Virus record (IMG/VR): IMGVR_UViG_3300037991_000495
Span: 1-36,845 of that record
Strand: one strand, 5' to 3'
DNA length: 36,845 nucleotides
DNA from: a virus
Lineage: Duplodnaviria > Caudoviricetes
Position numbers and translations under genes: made by a program. This document shows positions 1 through 9,246 of this stretch, one piece after another. Position 1 is the stretch's first letter, and each line of letters begins with the position of its first letter. A model generated the notes under the pieces. It saw nothing but the letters and a program-made list of their open reading frames with translations. It ran no database searches and had not been told where the DNA came from.

Positions 1-72
1 TGGCACGGTCCTCCTGACTGACGGTAGCGGCGCAAGTCTTACATCACTGAACGCTTCTGAATTAGGCAGCGG
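1..72 (+). repeat. Repeat A, 72 bp identical to 35764..35835
   Basis: Direct base comparison. Identity continues at protein level beyond base 72, mostly with synonymous changes. Confidence 0.95.
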
Positions 73-2707
73 CACCGTCCCTAACGCCAGACTGGACGCA
101 CAGCTTCAAGATGTAGCTGGCCTCGCTGTGACAGACGGCAACTTTATTGTGGGTGATGGCAGTAACTTTGTTGCAGAGTCCGGTGCTACTGCCAGAACAA
201 GTCTGGGGCTTGGTACTTCAGCGGTGTTGGACACGGGCATTTCCAATACCAATGTCCCTAAGTTTACGTCCGGCGTTGCAGACGATGACTTCTTACGAGT
301 AAACGGAACAGATATCGAAGGTCGTTCTGCTTCGGAAGTCTTGTCTGACATAGCGGCCATGCCACTGGCTGGCGGTACGTTTACAGGCGATGTCACACTC
401 AGCAACACTGGTGACGTTACCCTTACTCTTGCGGCGGATACAGATAACGTCACAGAAACGGATAATCCAAGCCTTGTACTAAGCCAAGACGGCGGCAGCA
501 CTGTAAGTAGTTTTTCACTTAACGATAGTAATCGAACAGTCATCCAAGCGCATACTAATGGAGCCTTGATTTTACAAAACAGCGATGGCGACGTTTATTT
601 AAAAGCGACTAACAATGACGCAGTTGATTTGTACTTTAACGACAGCAAGAAGCTGGAGACGACCAGCGGCGGCATAGACGTTACCGGAACAGTCACTGAC
701 GACGGCGCAACGCATGGCGGTGACGTTACCTTCACTGGCGATAGCTACAACGTTGTGTGGGACAAGTCTGACAACGCCTTTGAACTAGCCGACAACGCCA
801 AGCTAAAGTTTGGTGCAGGCGATGACATGGAGATTTTCTCTGACGGCACCTATGGCCGGATAAATGTCAACGACCTGATTATTCGCGGTGACGACACAGA
901 CAACAGACCGCAGATTTACTTCCAAAGCTATAACACAAGCAATGTTGTGGACTATGACACAAGCACAAGCCTTTATTTTCAAGGCCCAAATGATGCTGGT
1001 GAACAAGTCACTTACAACACAATTCATTCGGTAACACGGGACGTAACTGACGGCACTGAAGACGGTAGATTAACAATTAACCAATTAAAGGATGGGGTAA
1101 ATACAAACACCTACATATTTGATAATTGGGCCTTCTACTTAATGGCAGAAAACCAGCTTATCTGGTATCAATACAACGGTAGTTATAACACTACTCTCGT
1201 CCCCACCACGCCAACCGCAAACCGTACCATCACATTACCGGATGCGGCTGGCGAAGTTGTTCTTAAAGACAGCAGCGACGTTGTTACGATTACATCAACG
1301 GCAGACAATGGCCCTACTCTTGATTTAAAATCAGACGACCATAGCGATGCCTCCAATTTTGCCACAGAAGGTAAAATAAGATTTTATGCAGACAATGATG
1401 CTGATGAGCAAGTAGTCTATAATCAAATAACCAGTGTTACAGCAGATGTAACTGACGGCACAGAAGATGGTTGGCTTTATCTTGGCAGTATGGTCAACGG
1501 CACCCTAACAAACGCATTTGCTGCCGCTAATAAAAGTTTATACCTTGTTCAAGACGATAGTACAATTCAGTTTAGAGCGTGGGGTGGCACAGCTTATCAT
1601 GTGGCCATTACACCCTCCACTCCATCAGCAGACCGCACCATCACTCTGCCCGACGCCACTGGCGAGGTTGTTCTTAAAGACAGCAGTGACGTTGTTGCGA
1701 TTACATCAACGGATGCTGGTGCAAGTGCTGCACCCTCCTTACAGCTTTACCGCAATAGCGCGTCTCCTGCCAATCAAGATGATTTAGGCCAAATACAGTT
1801 TCATGGAGAAAATGACGCTGACGAGAAGATTGAGTATGGCCGCATAGACGTAAAAATTGCCGATGCCGCCGATGGCACTGAAGACGGAGAGATTGATTTA
1901 AGTGCAATTCGGAGCGGCTCTTTTCTTACTTATCAACGGATGTCGTATGGTTTAAATCAGTTTTATAAAGATATTTGGCTTTCCGCAGGTAGCGATCTTA
2001 TGTTTGAGGGTGCTACTGGCGACGACTACGAAACCACCGTCACAGTCACAGACCCAACAGCAGACCGCACCATCACGTTTCCCGACGCCACCGGCACAGT
2101 AGCCCTGACCAACGGCAACGCAGTTCTTCTGAACACGACGACGGTCAGCAGCGCAGTGTCAAGCGTTGACTTCGGGTCAAGCCTGATTACTGATACTTAC
2201 AACGATTATCTGCTAGTCGTATCGGGGGCAACAGTTTCGGCATTGACTAGACTGAGGATTCGACTAGGCACAAGCAACGCTCAAGACACAAGCGGTATTT
2301 ATGTAAGTCGTGTGATATCAAGTGGCCGTGCTTTAGATAACACAGCAACCTCTACAGATACCGCAAGTATGTTTAATAACGTAAGTAATGGGAGTGCGTG
2401 GAATATTACCGGAAATAACACATACGAAACAAGCCCTTCTTCTACCGCACAATTCAACGCTGTAATTCGTTTTTCAAACCTACGTTCAACTGCTTTTCAC
2501 AAAACATTCCAGATGGAATCTATGACACACATTGTCCAAGATAGAAGCGGCGGCACAGATGATGGGCAAGATTACTACCAGACTGCTAGAGATTGCGGCG
2601 GCGTTTACAAAAACACAACAGCCGTCAACTTTATCCGTTTTTATGAGCATGATTTTAGCACTCAGATAGATGGCGGCATTTTCAGTTTATACGGATTACC
2701 GGCATGA
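2..2707 (+). CDS. Tail fibre protein, C-terminal part (5'-truncated by the window edge; probably continues the ORF starting at 33827)
   Basis: The frame is open from base 2 (GTVLLTDGSGASLTSLNASELGSG...), upstream of the track's start at 128. It is G/T/D/S-rich with repeated DVTDGTEDG and PTADRTITLPDATG modules shared with 33827..36845, and is followed by a fibre chaperone gene. Confidence 0.88.
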   Translation, partial: GTVLLTDGSGASLTSLNASELGSGTVPNARLDAQLQDVAGLAVTDGNFIVGDGSNFVAESGATARTSLGLGTSAVLDTGISNTNVPKFTSGVADDDFLRVNGTDIEGRSASEVLSDIAAMPLAGGTFTGDVTLSNTGDVTLTLAADTDNVTETDNPSLVLSQDGGSTVSSFSLNDSNRTVIQAHTNGALILQNSDGDVYLKATNNDAVDLYFNDSKKLETTSGGIDVTGTVTDDGATHGGDVTFTGDSYNVVWDKSDNAFELADNAKLKFGAGDDMEIFSDGTYGRINVNDLIIRGDDTDNRPQIYFQSYNTSNVVDYDTSTSLYFQGPNDAGEQVTYNTIHSVTRDVTDGTEDGRLTINQLKDGVNTNTYIFDNWAFYLMAENQLIWYQYNGSYNTTLVPTTPTANRTITLPDAAGEVVLKDSSDVVTITSTADNGPTLDLKSDDHSDASNFATEGKIRFYADNDADEQVVYNQITSVTADVTDGTEDGWLYLGSMVNGTLTNAFAAANKSLYLVQDDSTIQFRAWGGTAYHVAITPSTPSADRTITLPDATGEVVLKDSSDVVAITSTDAGASAAPSLQLYRNSASPANQDDLGQIQFHGENDADEKIEYGRIDVKIADAADGTEDGEIDLSAIRSGSFLTYQRMSYGLNQFYKDIWLSAGSDLMFEGATGDDYETTVTVTDPTADRTITFPDATGTVALTNGNAVLLNTTTVSSAVSSVDFGSSLITDTYNDYLLVVSGATVSALTRLRIRLGTSNAQDTSGIYVSRVISSGRALDNTATSTDTASMFNNVSNGSAWNITGNNTYETSPSSTAQFNAVIRFSNLRSTAFHKTFQMESMTHIVQDRSGGTDDGQDYYQTARDCGGVYKNTTAVNFIRFYEHDFSTQIDGGIFSLYGLPA
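1698..1754 (+). repeat. Repeat B, 57 bp identical to the last 57 bases of the window (36789..36845)
   Basis: cgattacatcaacggatgctggtgcaagtgctgcaccctccttacagctttaccgca is present at both places. Confidence 0.95.
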
Positions 2708-2958
2708 GCAAACGATACTTAGATGGCGTTCTGGTTGACGCGGCAGAGGGCGATACTGCTGATGTGCCTACAGACGCAGAAAAGCTAGATGATATACGTC
2801 AGATGCGTTGGCCTTTGTTAGAAGAGGCCGACATAGAAATTTACAAACTGGAAGATGCTGGCGGCAACACGGCAGCTTGGCGCACTTACAGGCAGCAACT
2901 ACGCGATGTAACCAAGCAACCTGATTTGAACAACATTAGCTGGCCTAGTAAACCATGA
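2704..2958 (+). CDS. Tail fibre assembly chaperone
   Basis: C-terminal WRTYRQQLRDV...WPSKP motif typical of phage tail assembly chaperones; ATGA overlap with the fibre gene. Confidence 0.85.
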   Translation: MSKRYLDGVLVDAAEGDTADVPTDAEKLDDIRQMRWPLLEEADIEIYKLEDAGGNTAAWRTYRQQLRDVTKQPDLNNISWPSKP

Positions 2959-3125
2959 GCAAGTCAACGGTATTATCTGTGCAATCACAGCTAGACACTC
3001 ACGAAGCAGTCTGCGCGGAGAGGTGGAAGGAAACCATTTTGCGCATTAAACGTATTGAACATATCATGATAGGTGCTGCTGGCACGATTATAGTGTTGTT
3101 GCTGGGCATCATAGTGAATGGATGA
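2955..3125 (+). CDS. Small membrane-anchored protein, 56 aa (not in the ORF track)
   Basis: MSKSTVLSVQSQLDTHEAVCAERWKETILRIKRIEHIMIGAAGTIIVLLLGIIVNG; helical segment plus C-terminal TM; ATGA overlaps at both ends. Confidence 0.8.
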   Translation: MSKSTVLSVQSQLDTHEAVCAERWKETILRIKRIEHIMIGAAGTIIVLLLGIIVNG

Positions 3126-3310
3126 TTCATGTGTTCTTGCTTTTTGTATATTTAGGCGTTGGTAAGGATAAGAGCCTAGTTAGTAACGATATGTATTTTC
3201 GCAGCATTGATGACTGCGTATATTTTGCACAACGACTGCACAAACAAGGGCAGAACATCACTGCTTATTGTTTGCCAAAACTGGTAGATGACAAAGTTAG
3301 GGTTTATTGA
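3122..3310 (+). CDS. Hypothetical protein with N-terminal hydrophobic segment
   Basis: Translationally coupled in the lysis region; two Cys. Confidence 0.7.
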   Translation: MIHVFLLFVYLGVGKDKSLVSNDMYFRSIDDCVYFAQRLHKQGQNITAYCLPKLVDDKVRVY

Positions 3311-3756
3311 TGCTTGCGGAACTTGCAGCGGCCAATGCCGCATTCCAAGTTATCAAGACAACCATCCAGAATGGCAAGGAAATTCATTCTGCCGGAAAAG
3401 CTTTGAGCCAATTTCTTGGTGCCAAAGAAGAAATTGAACGTGAGGCAAATAAAAAGCGTGCAAGGGGTGTAGGCGGTGCCGATCTTGAAGAGTTCATGGC
3501 GCTTGAAAAGATTAGAGAGCAAGAGAAACAGTTAAAAGAAATAATGATTTATGCTGGCAGACCTGGCATGTGGAAGGACTACCAGAAATATTGCGAACAA
3601 GCTAAAGATGGCCGTGCTGCTGCTAGGAAAGCTGCCGCAAGAAAGAAAGCAGCTTTGCGTGAAAAGATAGGGCTTGGCCTTGTAGGAATATTGCTTGCCG
3701 CTGCAATCGGTGGTCTGGTTTATATTGTGCTAATAGCTAAAGGTAGTATCAAATGA
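3310..3756 (+). CDS. Hypothetical protein with C-terminal TM helix
   Basis: TGATG overlap; helical/basic body and a hydrophobic C-terminus. Confidence 0.75.
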   Translation: MLAELAAANAAFQVIKTTIQNGKEIHSAGKALSQFLGAKEEIEREANKKRARGVGGADLEEFMALEKIREQEKQLKEIMIYAGRPGMWKDYQKYCEQAKDGRAAARKAAARKKAALREKIGLGLVGILLAAAIGGLVYIVLIAKGSIK

Positions 3757-3950
3757 GTGCTGAACAGATCCTAAAATATAAAATTCTTCCGCGTTTTATG
3801 ATGCTGGTTATGACAATAATGTACATCAGAGTTTTGGAGTGGGGGATGTCTTTGGAAGATTTGTCAACGCAACAAAGCGCAATGATATCAATATGTTCTG
3901 GCGCAATGACAGGCGCGTTTGCAGTCTGGCTTGGCTCAGAGAAGAAATGA
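3753..3950 (+). CDS. Small two-TM membrane protein, holin candidate
   Basis: Two hydrophobic helices, charged C-terminus, upstream of the endolysin. Confidence 0.6.
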   Translation: MSAEQILKYKILPRFMMLVMTIMYIRVLEWGMSLEDLSTQQSAMISICSGAMTGAFAVWLGSEKK

Positions 3951-4126
3951 AAACGGTTTGGGTGGTTATTTTGGTGACTGCCGTGTCACCTTTTAATTAC
4001 AATGTTGCGCCATTGATTGATGCTGATACTTTAGAAGAGTGTCACCGGAAGGCGGTTTACATAGAGCATGATATCCAACGTAGCGACAACCAAGAGATGA
4101 TTTGCATCAAGGTGGATTCCGAATGA
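3947..4126 (+). CDS. Hypothetical protein, 59 aa (start MKTVWVV)
   Basis: ATGA overlaps at both ends; signal-like N-terminus; two Cys, similar in layout to 3122..3310. Confidence 0.7.
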   Translation: MKTVWVVILVTAVSPFNYNVAPLIDADTLEECHRKAVYIEHDIQRSDNQEMICIKVDSE

Positions 4127-4500
4127 TACAAGCATTGATACCAATTGTAGGCGACCTAGCGAGTGGCTGGCTCAAGGGCAAGGCAGATGAAAAGGCTGCG
4201 CAGTCTAGGGTCAAGGTAGCCAAGGCAGAGGCTGAAGCAGAGGTCATGAAAGTTGCCGCCACGCATGAAGCTGGCTGGGAAAAGATCATGGCTGAAGCCA
4301 GCAAAGATAGCTGGAAAGATGAAGCCTGGACGATTTTATTCATAGTAATCATAGCCATGTGCTTCATCCCGCCGCTACAGCCCTATGTAGAACGTGGGTT
4401 TGCGGCGTTAGAAACCACGCCGGATTGGTTTCAGTGGGCCATGTATGCTAGTATAGCTGCATCATTTGGTCTTAGAGGCATAAAGGGATTGAAAAAGTGA
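4123..4500 (+). CDS. Holin-like membrane protein (3TM holin type)
   Basis: MIQALIPIVGDLASGWL... SWKDEAWTILF... two TM segments ...ASFGLRG; located in the lysis cassette. Confidence 0.65.
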   Translation: MIQALIPIVGDLASGWLKGKADEKAAQSRVKVAKAEAEAEVMKVAATHEAGWEKIMAEASKDSWKDEAWTILFIVIIAMCFIPPLQPYVERGFAALETTPDWFQWAMYASIAASFGLRGIKGLKK

Positions 4501-4658
4501 TGGCAAAGAAACCTGGCTTATACGCAAATATCCACGCAAAACGTAAGCGCATTGCTGCTGGCTCTGGAGAAAAAATGCGCAAGGTTGGTAGCAAGGGTGC
4601 GCCTACTGCTAAAGCATTTAAACGATCTGCAAAAACTGCCAAGAAAAAGAAGAAATGA
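4500..4658 (+). CDS. Small very basic protein, 52 aa (not in the ORF track)
   Basis: MAKKPGLYANIHAKRKRIAAGSGEKMRKVGSKGAPTAKAFKRSAKTAKKKKK; coupled to both neighbours. Confidence 0.85.
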   Translation: MAKKPGLYANIHAKRKRIAAGSGEKMRKVGSKGAPTAKAFKRSAKTAKKKKK

Positions 4659-5104
4659 ACAAAGATAAGCTACGAGAAGAACTTGCAGAGGACGAGGGCT
4701 GCAAGTTTGAGATCTACCTAGATCACCTTGGCCTACCTACGTTTGGCATAGGGCATTTGGTAGTTGAGGAAGATATAGAGCATGGTCAGGCTGTCGGCAC
4801 ACCTGTCGATGAAGAGCGTGTGCGGCAAGTGTTTGCCTTGGATATCGCCTCAACGCTAGATGAGTGTCAGGTTCTGTACCCAGACTTTGACGATCTGCCG
4901 GAAGAATGCCAGTTAATCATAGCTAATATGATGTTTAATATGGGCAGACCGCGCCTCTCAAAATTCAAGGGCATGAAGGCTGGCGTTGATGCGAAAGATT
5001 GGAACAGGGCGGCAGACGAGATGGTGGACAGCCGCTGGCACGATCAAGTCCCCAACAGGGCCAAGCGACTTGTCAAACGTATGAGGGCTTTGTCTGATGG
5101 CTAA
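4655..5104 (+). CDS. Endolysin, T4-lysozyme-like (GH24)
   Basis: EDEG...YLDHLGLPTFGIGHL catalytic E-8aa-D-5aa-T motif; NMMFNMG and DSRW...QVPNRA motifs. Confidence 0.92.
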   Translation: MNKDKLREELAEDEGCKFEIYLDHLGLPTFGIGHLVVEEDIEHGQAVGTPVDEERVRQVFALDIASTLDECQVLYPDFDDLPEECQLIIANMMFNMGRPRLSKFKGMKAGVDAKDWNRAADEMVDSRWHDQVPNRAKRLVKRMRALSDG

Positions 5105-5414
5105 GACGCCAGCATGGCAACGTAAGGCTGGCAAGAATCCCAAGGGTGGCTTGAACCGGAAGGGCAGAGCATCTGCCAAGCGGCAGGGCATGAACCTAAA
5201 GGCACCTGTGAGGAAGGGTGACAACCCACGCAGGGCCAGTTTTCTAGCGCGTATGGGTGGCATGAGGGGGCCGGAACGAGATGCGAAGGGCAAACCTACT
5301 AGGCTCCTGCTTAGTCTCAGGGCATGGGGTGCAAGCAGCAAAGCTGACGCAAAGAAGAAGGCTGCTGCTATCTCCAAAAGAAACAAAGCCAAAAAAGGTA
5401 AGTCAAAAAAATAA
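5097..5414 (+). CDS. Basic Lys/Arg-rich phage protein
   Basis: MAKTPAWQRKAGKNPKGGLN...RRASFLARMGG; last gene of the late operon. Confidence 0.8.
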   Translation: MAKTPAWQRKAGKNPKGGLNRKGRASAKRQGMNLKAPVRKGDNPRRASFLARMGGMRGPERDAKGKPTRLLLSLRAWGASSKADAKKKAAAISKRNKAKKGKSKK

Positions 5415-5435
5415 GGGGGCAAAACCCCCCTATTT
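5409..5435. terminator. Probable bidirectional intrinsic terminator between convergent operons
   Basis: aaataa-ggggg-caaaa-cccccc-tattt hairpin with an A-tract before and Ts after; sits between converging stop codons. Confidence 0.65.
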
Positions 5436-5558
5436 ATCCCCCCCATATTTCTCTGGGTGAAGACAGCCAAGGCATATATCCTCACCAGTGCCTAGCGTAA
5501 CCCAGTTGTTTTCGAAGTAATCACATTGCTTGCCGCAGTATGCGCAGTTAAACAACAT
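5430..5558 (-). CDS. Small zinc-finger protein
   Basis: MLFNCAYCGKQ...ICLGC (two CxxC); start reassigned to the internal Met. Confidence 0.6.
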   Translation of the reverse strand: MLFNCAYCGKQCDYFENNWVTLGTGEDICLGCLHPEKYGGDK

Positions 5559-5934
5559 GGATCTTCTTGTAGATTTGTGAGTTTTTGCTTTTGTGGCTTT
5601 GCGGTTCTTCTGGGCCAAATTCACGCTCCTTCAACTCGTCAACAAGATGCTCTGCTTTTTTTAACCAGCTTGTGAATTTTGGTGAAGGTACGCGCTGCGA
5701 CACATGAATCATTGTGGAATGATCTCTGTTCAAAACATGCCCCATCCTGCAATACGACATGGTTGTATGATCTTCACAAAGGCGTACAAACAGTTGCCGT
5801 GCATCCACAAAGTATGCCTTACGGCGCTTGCCGCGTAACTCTGCCAAGCTAAACTTGGTCACTTGTTGCACGATTTCAACAATGTCCAGAGCCTCTAACT
5901 CGCGGCAGTATTTTTTCCACTCACTTTGGGACAT
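5548..5934 (-). CDS. Protein with a DnaA domain IV-like DNA-binding HTH
   Basis: LRGKRRK...ARQL...SY..MG..LNRDHSTMIH matches the DnaA C-terminal signature (R-D-H-S/T-T); no AAA+ domain; start uncertain (5934 or up to 5994). Confidence 0.8.
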   Translation of the reverse strand: MSQSEWKKYCRELEALDIVEIVQQVTKFSLAELRGKRRKAYFVDARQLFVRLCEDHTTMSYCRMGHVLNRDHSTMIHVSQRVPSPKFTSWLKKAEHLVDELKEREFGPEEPQSHKSKNSQIYKKIHVV

Positions 5935-6151
5935 CCTGTTGGCTTTTTGTCTGCCTGATATTACCCTCTCCGACATTGGAATTATCTTTTGCACGTTCTT
6001 CCTCCGTTATCATTTCCATCGCTGCCTCGAAACAACGCTTCGTAAATGTCAACATTTCTTTGCTGTCCATTTTTTTGATGTGGAGGTTGCCATCAACGCT
6101 GACAGCAACCCCATCGTTTCTAGGTATCACTAGGAATGTTTGCTGGTTCAT
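5921..6151 (-). CDS. Hypothetical protein
   Basis: GAAAGGA RBS before the ATG at 6151; operon position. Confidence 0.65.
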   Translation of the reverse strand: MNQQTFLVIPRNDGVAVSVDGNLHIKKMDSKEMLTFTKRCFEAAMEMITEEERAKDNSNVGEGNIRQTKSQQDVPK

Positions 6152-6335
6152 CCGTAATCCTTTCGATTTCGGCTCGTGTAATGTACCAACGCCCACCCAA
6201 ACGCTTGCCCTTGATAATGCCCCTCTGGAGCATCCTGTTGACTATGTTGAGTTGAGCCTTGGTATCCTTGCCAAACAACACTAGAGCGGCCTCTCTGGGC
6301 CTTAGAAGCGCCTTAGAAGGGGATGTCTGGGTCAT
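6120..6335 (-). CDS. Excisionase/MerR-type HTH DNA-binding protein
   Basis: LLRPREAA...VNRMLQRGIIKGKRLGGRWYITRAEIE; GAGGA RBS before the ATG at 6335. Confidence 0.75.
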   Translation of the reverse strand: MTQTSPSKALLRPREAALVLFGKDTKAQLNIVNRMLQRGIIKGKRLGGRWYITRAEIERITDEPANIPSDT

Positions 6336-6660
6336 CGTCCTCTGCCTTTGGTTGTGGTGCCGCATATTTGGTGCTGATTGCGTTGCCGATTGGCTTCATA
6401 GCTGGCTGTGAAATGCCGTCAGCGATACTGTCCTCACCTTCGTACTCAGTAACTCTTGAGATGCGAATAGAGATAGTGCCATCGTCGTTGGGGAACAGCG
6501 ATACTTGGTGGCGTTGTCCATCTCGCAAGGTGATGTCCGCATAAGTCTTCTGTTCAGCGTCGTAAGGCTTCCAGTTGCCATTGCTATACTGCGCCTTGCC
6601 CTTTCCCTCAGTGTTGGGAAACAGCTTGATGTAGGTAAGTGTTTCATAGCGTCTAGCCAT
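6313..6660 (-). CDS. Single-stranded DNA-binding protein (putative)
   Basis: Acidic SSB-type tail EDDDPDIPF; adjacent to the annealing protein gene. Confidence 0.7.
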   Translation of the reverse strand: MARRYETLTYIKLFPNTEGKGKAQYSNGNWKPYDAEQKTYADITLRDGQRHQVSLFPNDDGTISIRISRVTEYEGEDSIADGISQPAMKPIGNAISTKYAAPQPKAEDDDPDIPF

Positions 6661-7288
6661 TCTGTTTTAACTCCTTCTCTTTCAGAACTTTCATGCGTTC
6701 CTGCGATTTGCTTTTGATGTCTTGATAGATCTCAGGAAACTCTTTGTTGGCGATTTCCATGTATTTCTTAGTGAAGTCTGCTTGCACCCATTCCTTGGTT
6801 TGCTTCAGATCAAACTCAGGCAGAAAGTCATTAGCTTGCTGTTGCAACTCTAGCAAACTAGCCGGCGGCTGCTTGGGTGGCGGCATGGACGCTATAGCCT
6901 CCTCTTTTCTGCCCACACCATCCATCTCATTAGCTGACGCATACTCGCCGCCAGCCAAACCAAGCGATGCCAAGGCACGGCCAATGGCAGATGTCTCACA
7001 GTTCTCCAAGGCGCTAGTCTTATTGACGTTGCCCTGTCCTCTGATCTCTTCTGCCATACCAGCACCAATGACAACGCCATCCATGTTGGTGATCTTGGCT
7101 TTGACGACAACGCGCTGGCCATCGTCTACCAGTATGTGTGTGTCTACACCGTACTCAGTGCCGTGCATCTGACGAAATGCTTCCATCCTATGCACCACTT
7201 GGGTGTACTTCTTGCCGCCGCGCTGTGTAACGCCGTGGCTGGCGTTCAACTCAGAGACAAGGGCCATTGTTGGTTTGAGATCAGTCAT
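6653..7288 (-). CDS. Single-strand annealing recombinase, Rad52/Sak-like
   Basis: KKYTQVVHRM...VVVKAKI...TSALENCETSAIGRALASLG motif; lies between the exonuclease and SSB genes. Confidence 0.75.
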   Translation of the reverse strand: MTDLKPTMALVSELNASHGVTQRGGKKYTQVVHRMEAFRQMHGTEYGVDTHILVDDGQRVVVKAKITNMDGVVIGAGMAEEIRGQGNVNKTSALENCETSAIGRALASLGLAGGEYASANEMDGVGRKEEAIASMPPPKQPPASLLELQQQANDFLPEFDLKQTKEWVQADFTKKYMEIANKEFPEIYQDIKSKSQERMKVLKEKELKQNG

Positions 7289-7493
7289 TCATTTCTCCGC
7301 TGGAAACGCCTAGCTTATCAGAGATGAGATGCACAAACAGCGCCAAACTTCTCTCCATGTCAGCTAGTTTATTGTTGTTGTTATAGACTGCTTTGTGCAA
7401 TTCATCCACGCGCACAAACAACTCGTTGATGCTCTCCTGCATGTCCTCACGAGTGACATACGGTGTGCCGATATCCACAGGTTCATTCTGCAT
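7281..7493 (-). CDS. Hypothetical coiled-coil protein
   Basis: AAGGAG RBS; overlaps both neighbours. Confidence 0.7.
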   Translation of the reverse strand: MQNEPVDIGTPYVTREDMQESINELFVRVDELHKAVYNNNNKLADMERSLALFVHLISDKLGVSSGEMND

Positions 7494-7806
7494 TGTAAAA
7501 CTCCTTGTGCCACATAACTAGCTGGCCACGACCTGACACGCCTTTGCGCTTGGTACCATCGACCTTGATAAAGCCTTTCTCTTTTAGCTGTTTGTATCTA
7601 GCCGTAACGGTGCTATAACCGTGCTGCGGCAGGGCTTTCAGCACTTGGTCTGAAATGCACCCTGCTGCACCGAAGAACCAGATTGCATCAGCGACTACGC
7701 TTTCCATCTCCGTTGCGTTGATGCTTTCTGCGGCGTCGTGGCTGGTGGCAGGGTCATCCCTGCGCACCAGCTTGTATGCAGGCGTGTCAAACAAATCACT
7801 CACCAT
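7483..7806 (-). CDS. Putative winged-helix DNA-binding protein
   Basis: RRDDPATSHDAA N-terminal motif and STVTARYKQLKEKGFI...SGRGQLV wHTH-like pattern. Confidence 0.65.
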   Translation of the reverse strand: MVSDLFDTPAYKLVRRDDPATSHDAAESINATEMESVVADAIWFFGAAGCISDQVLKALPQHGYSTVTARYKQLKEKGFIKVDGTKRKGVSGRGQLVMWHKEFYNAE

Positions 7807-8018
7807 CACACTCTCCACATTCTGATTGTGCCATCAGCTTGCTTGCGCGACATCAATTGAATGCCACGCATTTTTGCTGCGCCGTATGCATTATTAGCCA
7901 GCTTGCGCGACGGCATGACAAAGCTATCTCCAGATTGCATTTCTTCGATGAAATGCCATTTGGCATTAATGTCGCCCTTCTCAGGCAGAGGAATGTTTTT
8001 CTCGATTTTAATTTTCAC
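7806..8018 (-). CDS. Small putative DNA-binding protein (GTG start)
   Basis: MKIKIEKNIPLP...MQSGDSF...GTIRMWRV; GGAGG RBS; start overlaps the upstream stop. Confidence 0.7.
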   Translation of the reverse strand: MKIKIEKNIPLPEKGDINAKWHFIEEMQSGDSFVMPSRKLANNAYGAAKMRGIQLMSRKQADGTIRMWRV

Positions 8019-8911
8019 TAGAACCTCCATAGTTGATTGGCTACGTCTACGATTGATGGGCCATGACGACGTGCTATTTCGTTGAAGTCTGGCTGTATGA
8101 GGCCAGCCAGCGTGCGCCATGATCCGTTGGCGGCCTTCAGCAGATTTTGACTTATCTGCCATGACCGCACTGCATCAGCATATGCCCTGTCCAAAGACTC
8201 TGGTTTTAACAAGTCACAGTTGTCAGCGTCCGCTATGTAATAGCCTGACGCGCTGACATATAGAAGTGATGGTGGTTCACCAGTTGCTTTGTAATAGACA
8301 GCTTGCTGAATTTGTTGTTGCGCTGTGGGTGTGATGCCCTGCACCTTTGGTACTCGCCACGAGCGGGTGCCGTCTTTTTTCGGTGGATTGCGCAGAGGCG
8401 GCTTGGCTTTCAGATCTACCTGTTTACCGCCGCCGGAGAAATCTTGGTAAAGCATGATCGGCACATCAATCTTTGGCTCGTCATGCCAGCGTTGATACTC
8501 GCCTTCGATCATGTTGGCGTGTTTGAACGCCTCACGCACACCCTCTACGGCGTGCAGTATCATATCGGGGATGTAGTCTTTGAACGCTTCAAATTCCTCG
8601 GCGTCCTTGCCACCATCCCACTTGCGCGGCTGGTAGCTGTTGTAACGCTCCATAATTTGAGCAATAGCCTTGGCTGGTTCCATACCATCCTGCTGGCCAA
8701 TCAGCGGCTGATACTTATCCAGCCCAAGAATCAGGTTGGCACCATCCTGCACCATGATTCCGCACCACGGCCTAGCTGCCATCGGCATCCTGACTCCAAG
8801 ATGGCGGCAGTACCACTTTAAAACTAACTCCCACTTTTCTTGTGTAGCGCCTGACGAACTGTCATGCTTTGCGCCAATCGGCTCGCGGTAGGTTGGTGTT
8901 TCCTTGCCCAT
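8018..8911 (-). CDS. PD-(D/E)XK exonuclease, RecB/RecE-like
   Basis: E...YQDF...VDLKAK catalytic pattern and a downstream QQAVY (QxxxY) motif; linked to the annealing protein. Confidence 0.75.
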   Translation of the reverse strand: MGKETPTYREPIGAKHDSSSGATQEKWELVLKWYCRHLGVRMPMAARPWCGIMVQDGANLILGLDKYQPLIGQQDGMEPAKAIAQIMERYNSYQPRKWDGGKDAEEFEAFKDYIPDMILHAVEGVREAFKHANMIEGEYQRWHDEPKIDVPIMLYQDFSGGGKQVDLKAKPPLRNPPKKDGTRSWRVPKVQGITPTAQQQIQQAVYYKATGEPPSLLYVSASGYYIADADNCDLLKPESLDRAYADAVRSWQISQNLLKAANGSWRTLAGLIQPDFNEIARRHGPSIVDVANQLWRF

Positions 8912-8912
8912 A

Positions 8913-9194
8913 TCACTCACCACTATCGTGACGGATGGCAATCTGATGCATCAGTTCAGCAATCACCAAAGCAGAAGTGACCTTTGACCTCAAAGGAGCC
9001 TTAGTCGCCCAGCCAAATTCGTCTGTCTTCCTTTTAATATCCAGACCGTAGTGATTGTTTTTGAAACCTGTCCTATCAGGGAGCCAATGCCCCATCCAAG
9101 GCTCACCGTCGATATCTACATGCAACCAATATACCGCTTTGTCGTTGTCGGCTGACTTCCTTGTGTAATCAAGGATGGTAACCTTCTTTGTCAT
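8913..9194 (-). CDS. Hypothetical protein, first gene of the leftward operon
   Basis: AGAAAGG RBS before the ATG at 9194. Confidence 0.7.
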   Translation of the reverse strand: MTKKVTILDYTRKSADNDKAVYWLHVDIDGEPWMGHWLPDRTGFKNNHYGLDIKRKTDEFGWATKAPLRSKVTSALVIAELMHQIAIRHDSGE

Positions 9195-9246
9195 AGTGTG
9201 CCTTTCTGTTCTTTTCTGTGGTTTCTGTAGGGTTATTGCATACGAC

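Noticed and set aside
1-72. Terminal direct repeat proving circularity
   Set aside because: The start matches an internal site (35764), not the contig end. These are intragenic fibre repeats at which the assembly broke.
2-2707. Diversity-generating retroelement or invertase shufflon acting on the fibre
   Set aside because: No reverse transcriptase or site-specific recombinase is present; the repeats are direct and differ mostly at synonymous positions rather than only at adenines.
6120-6335. Evidence of a temperate lifestyle from the Xis-like HTH
   Set aside because: No integrase, att site, ParA/B or CI-like repressor was seen; this HTH type is common outside excision.
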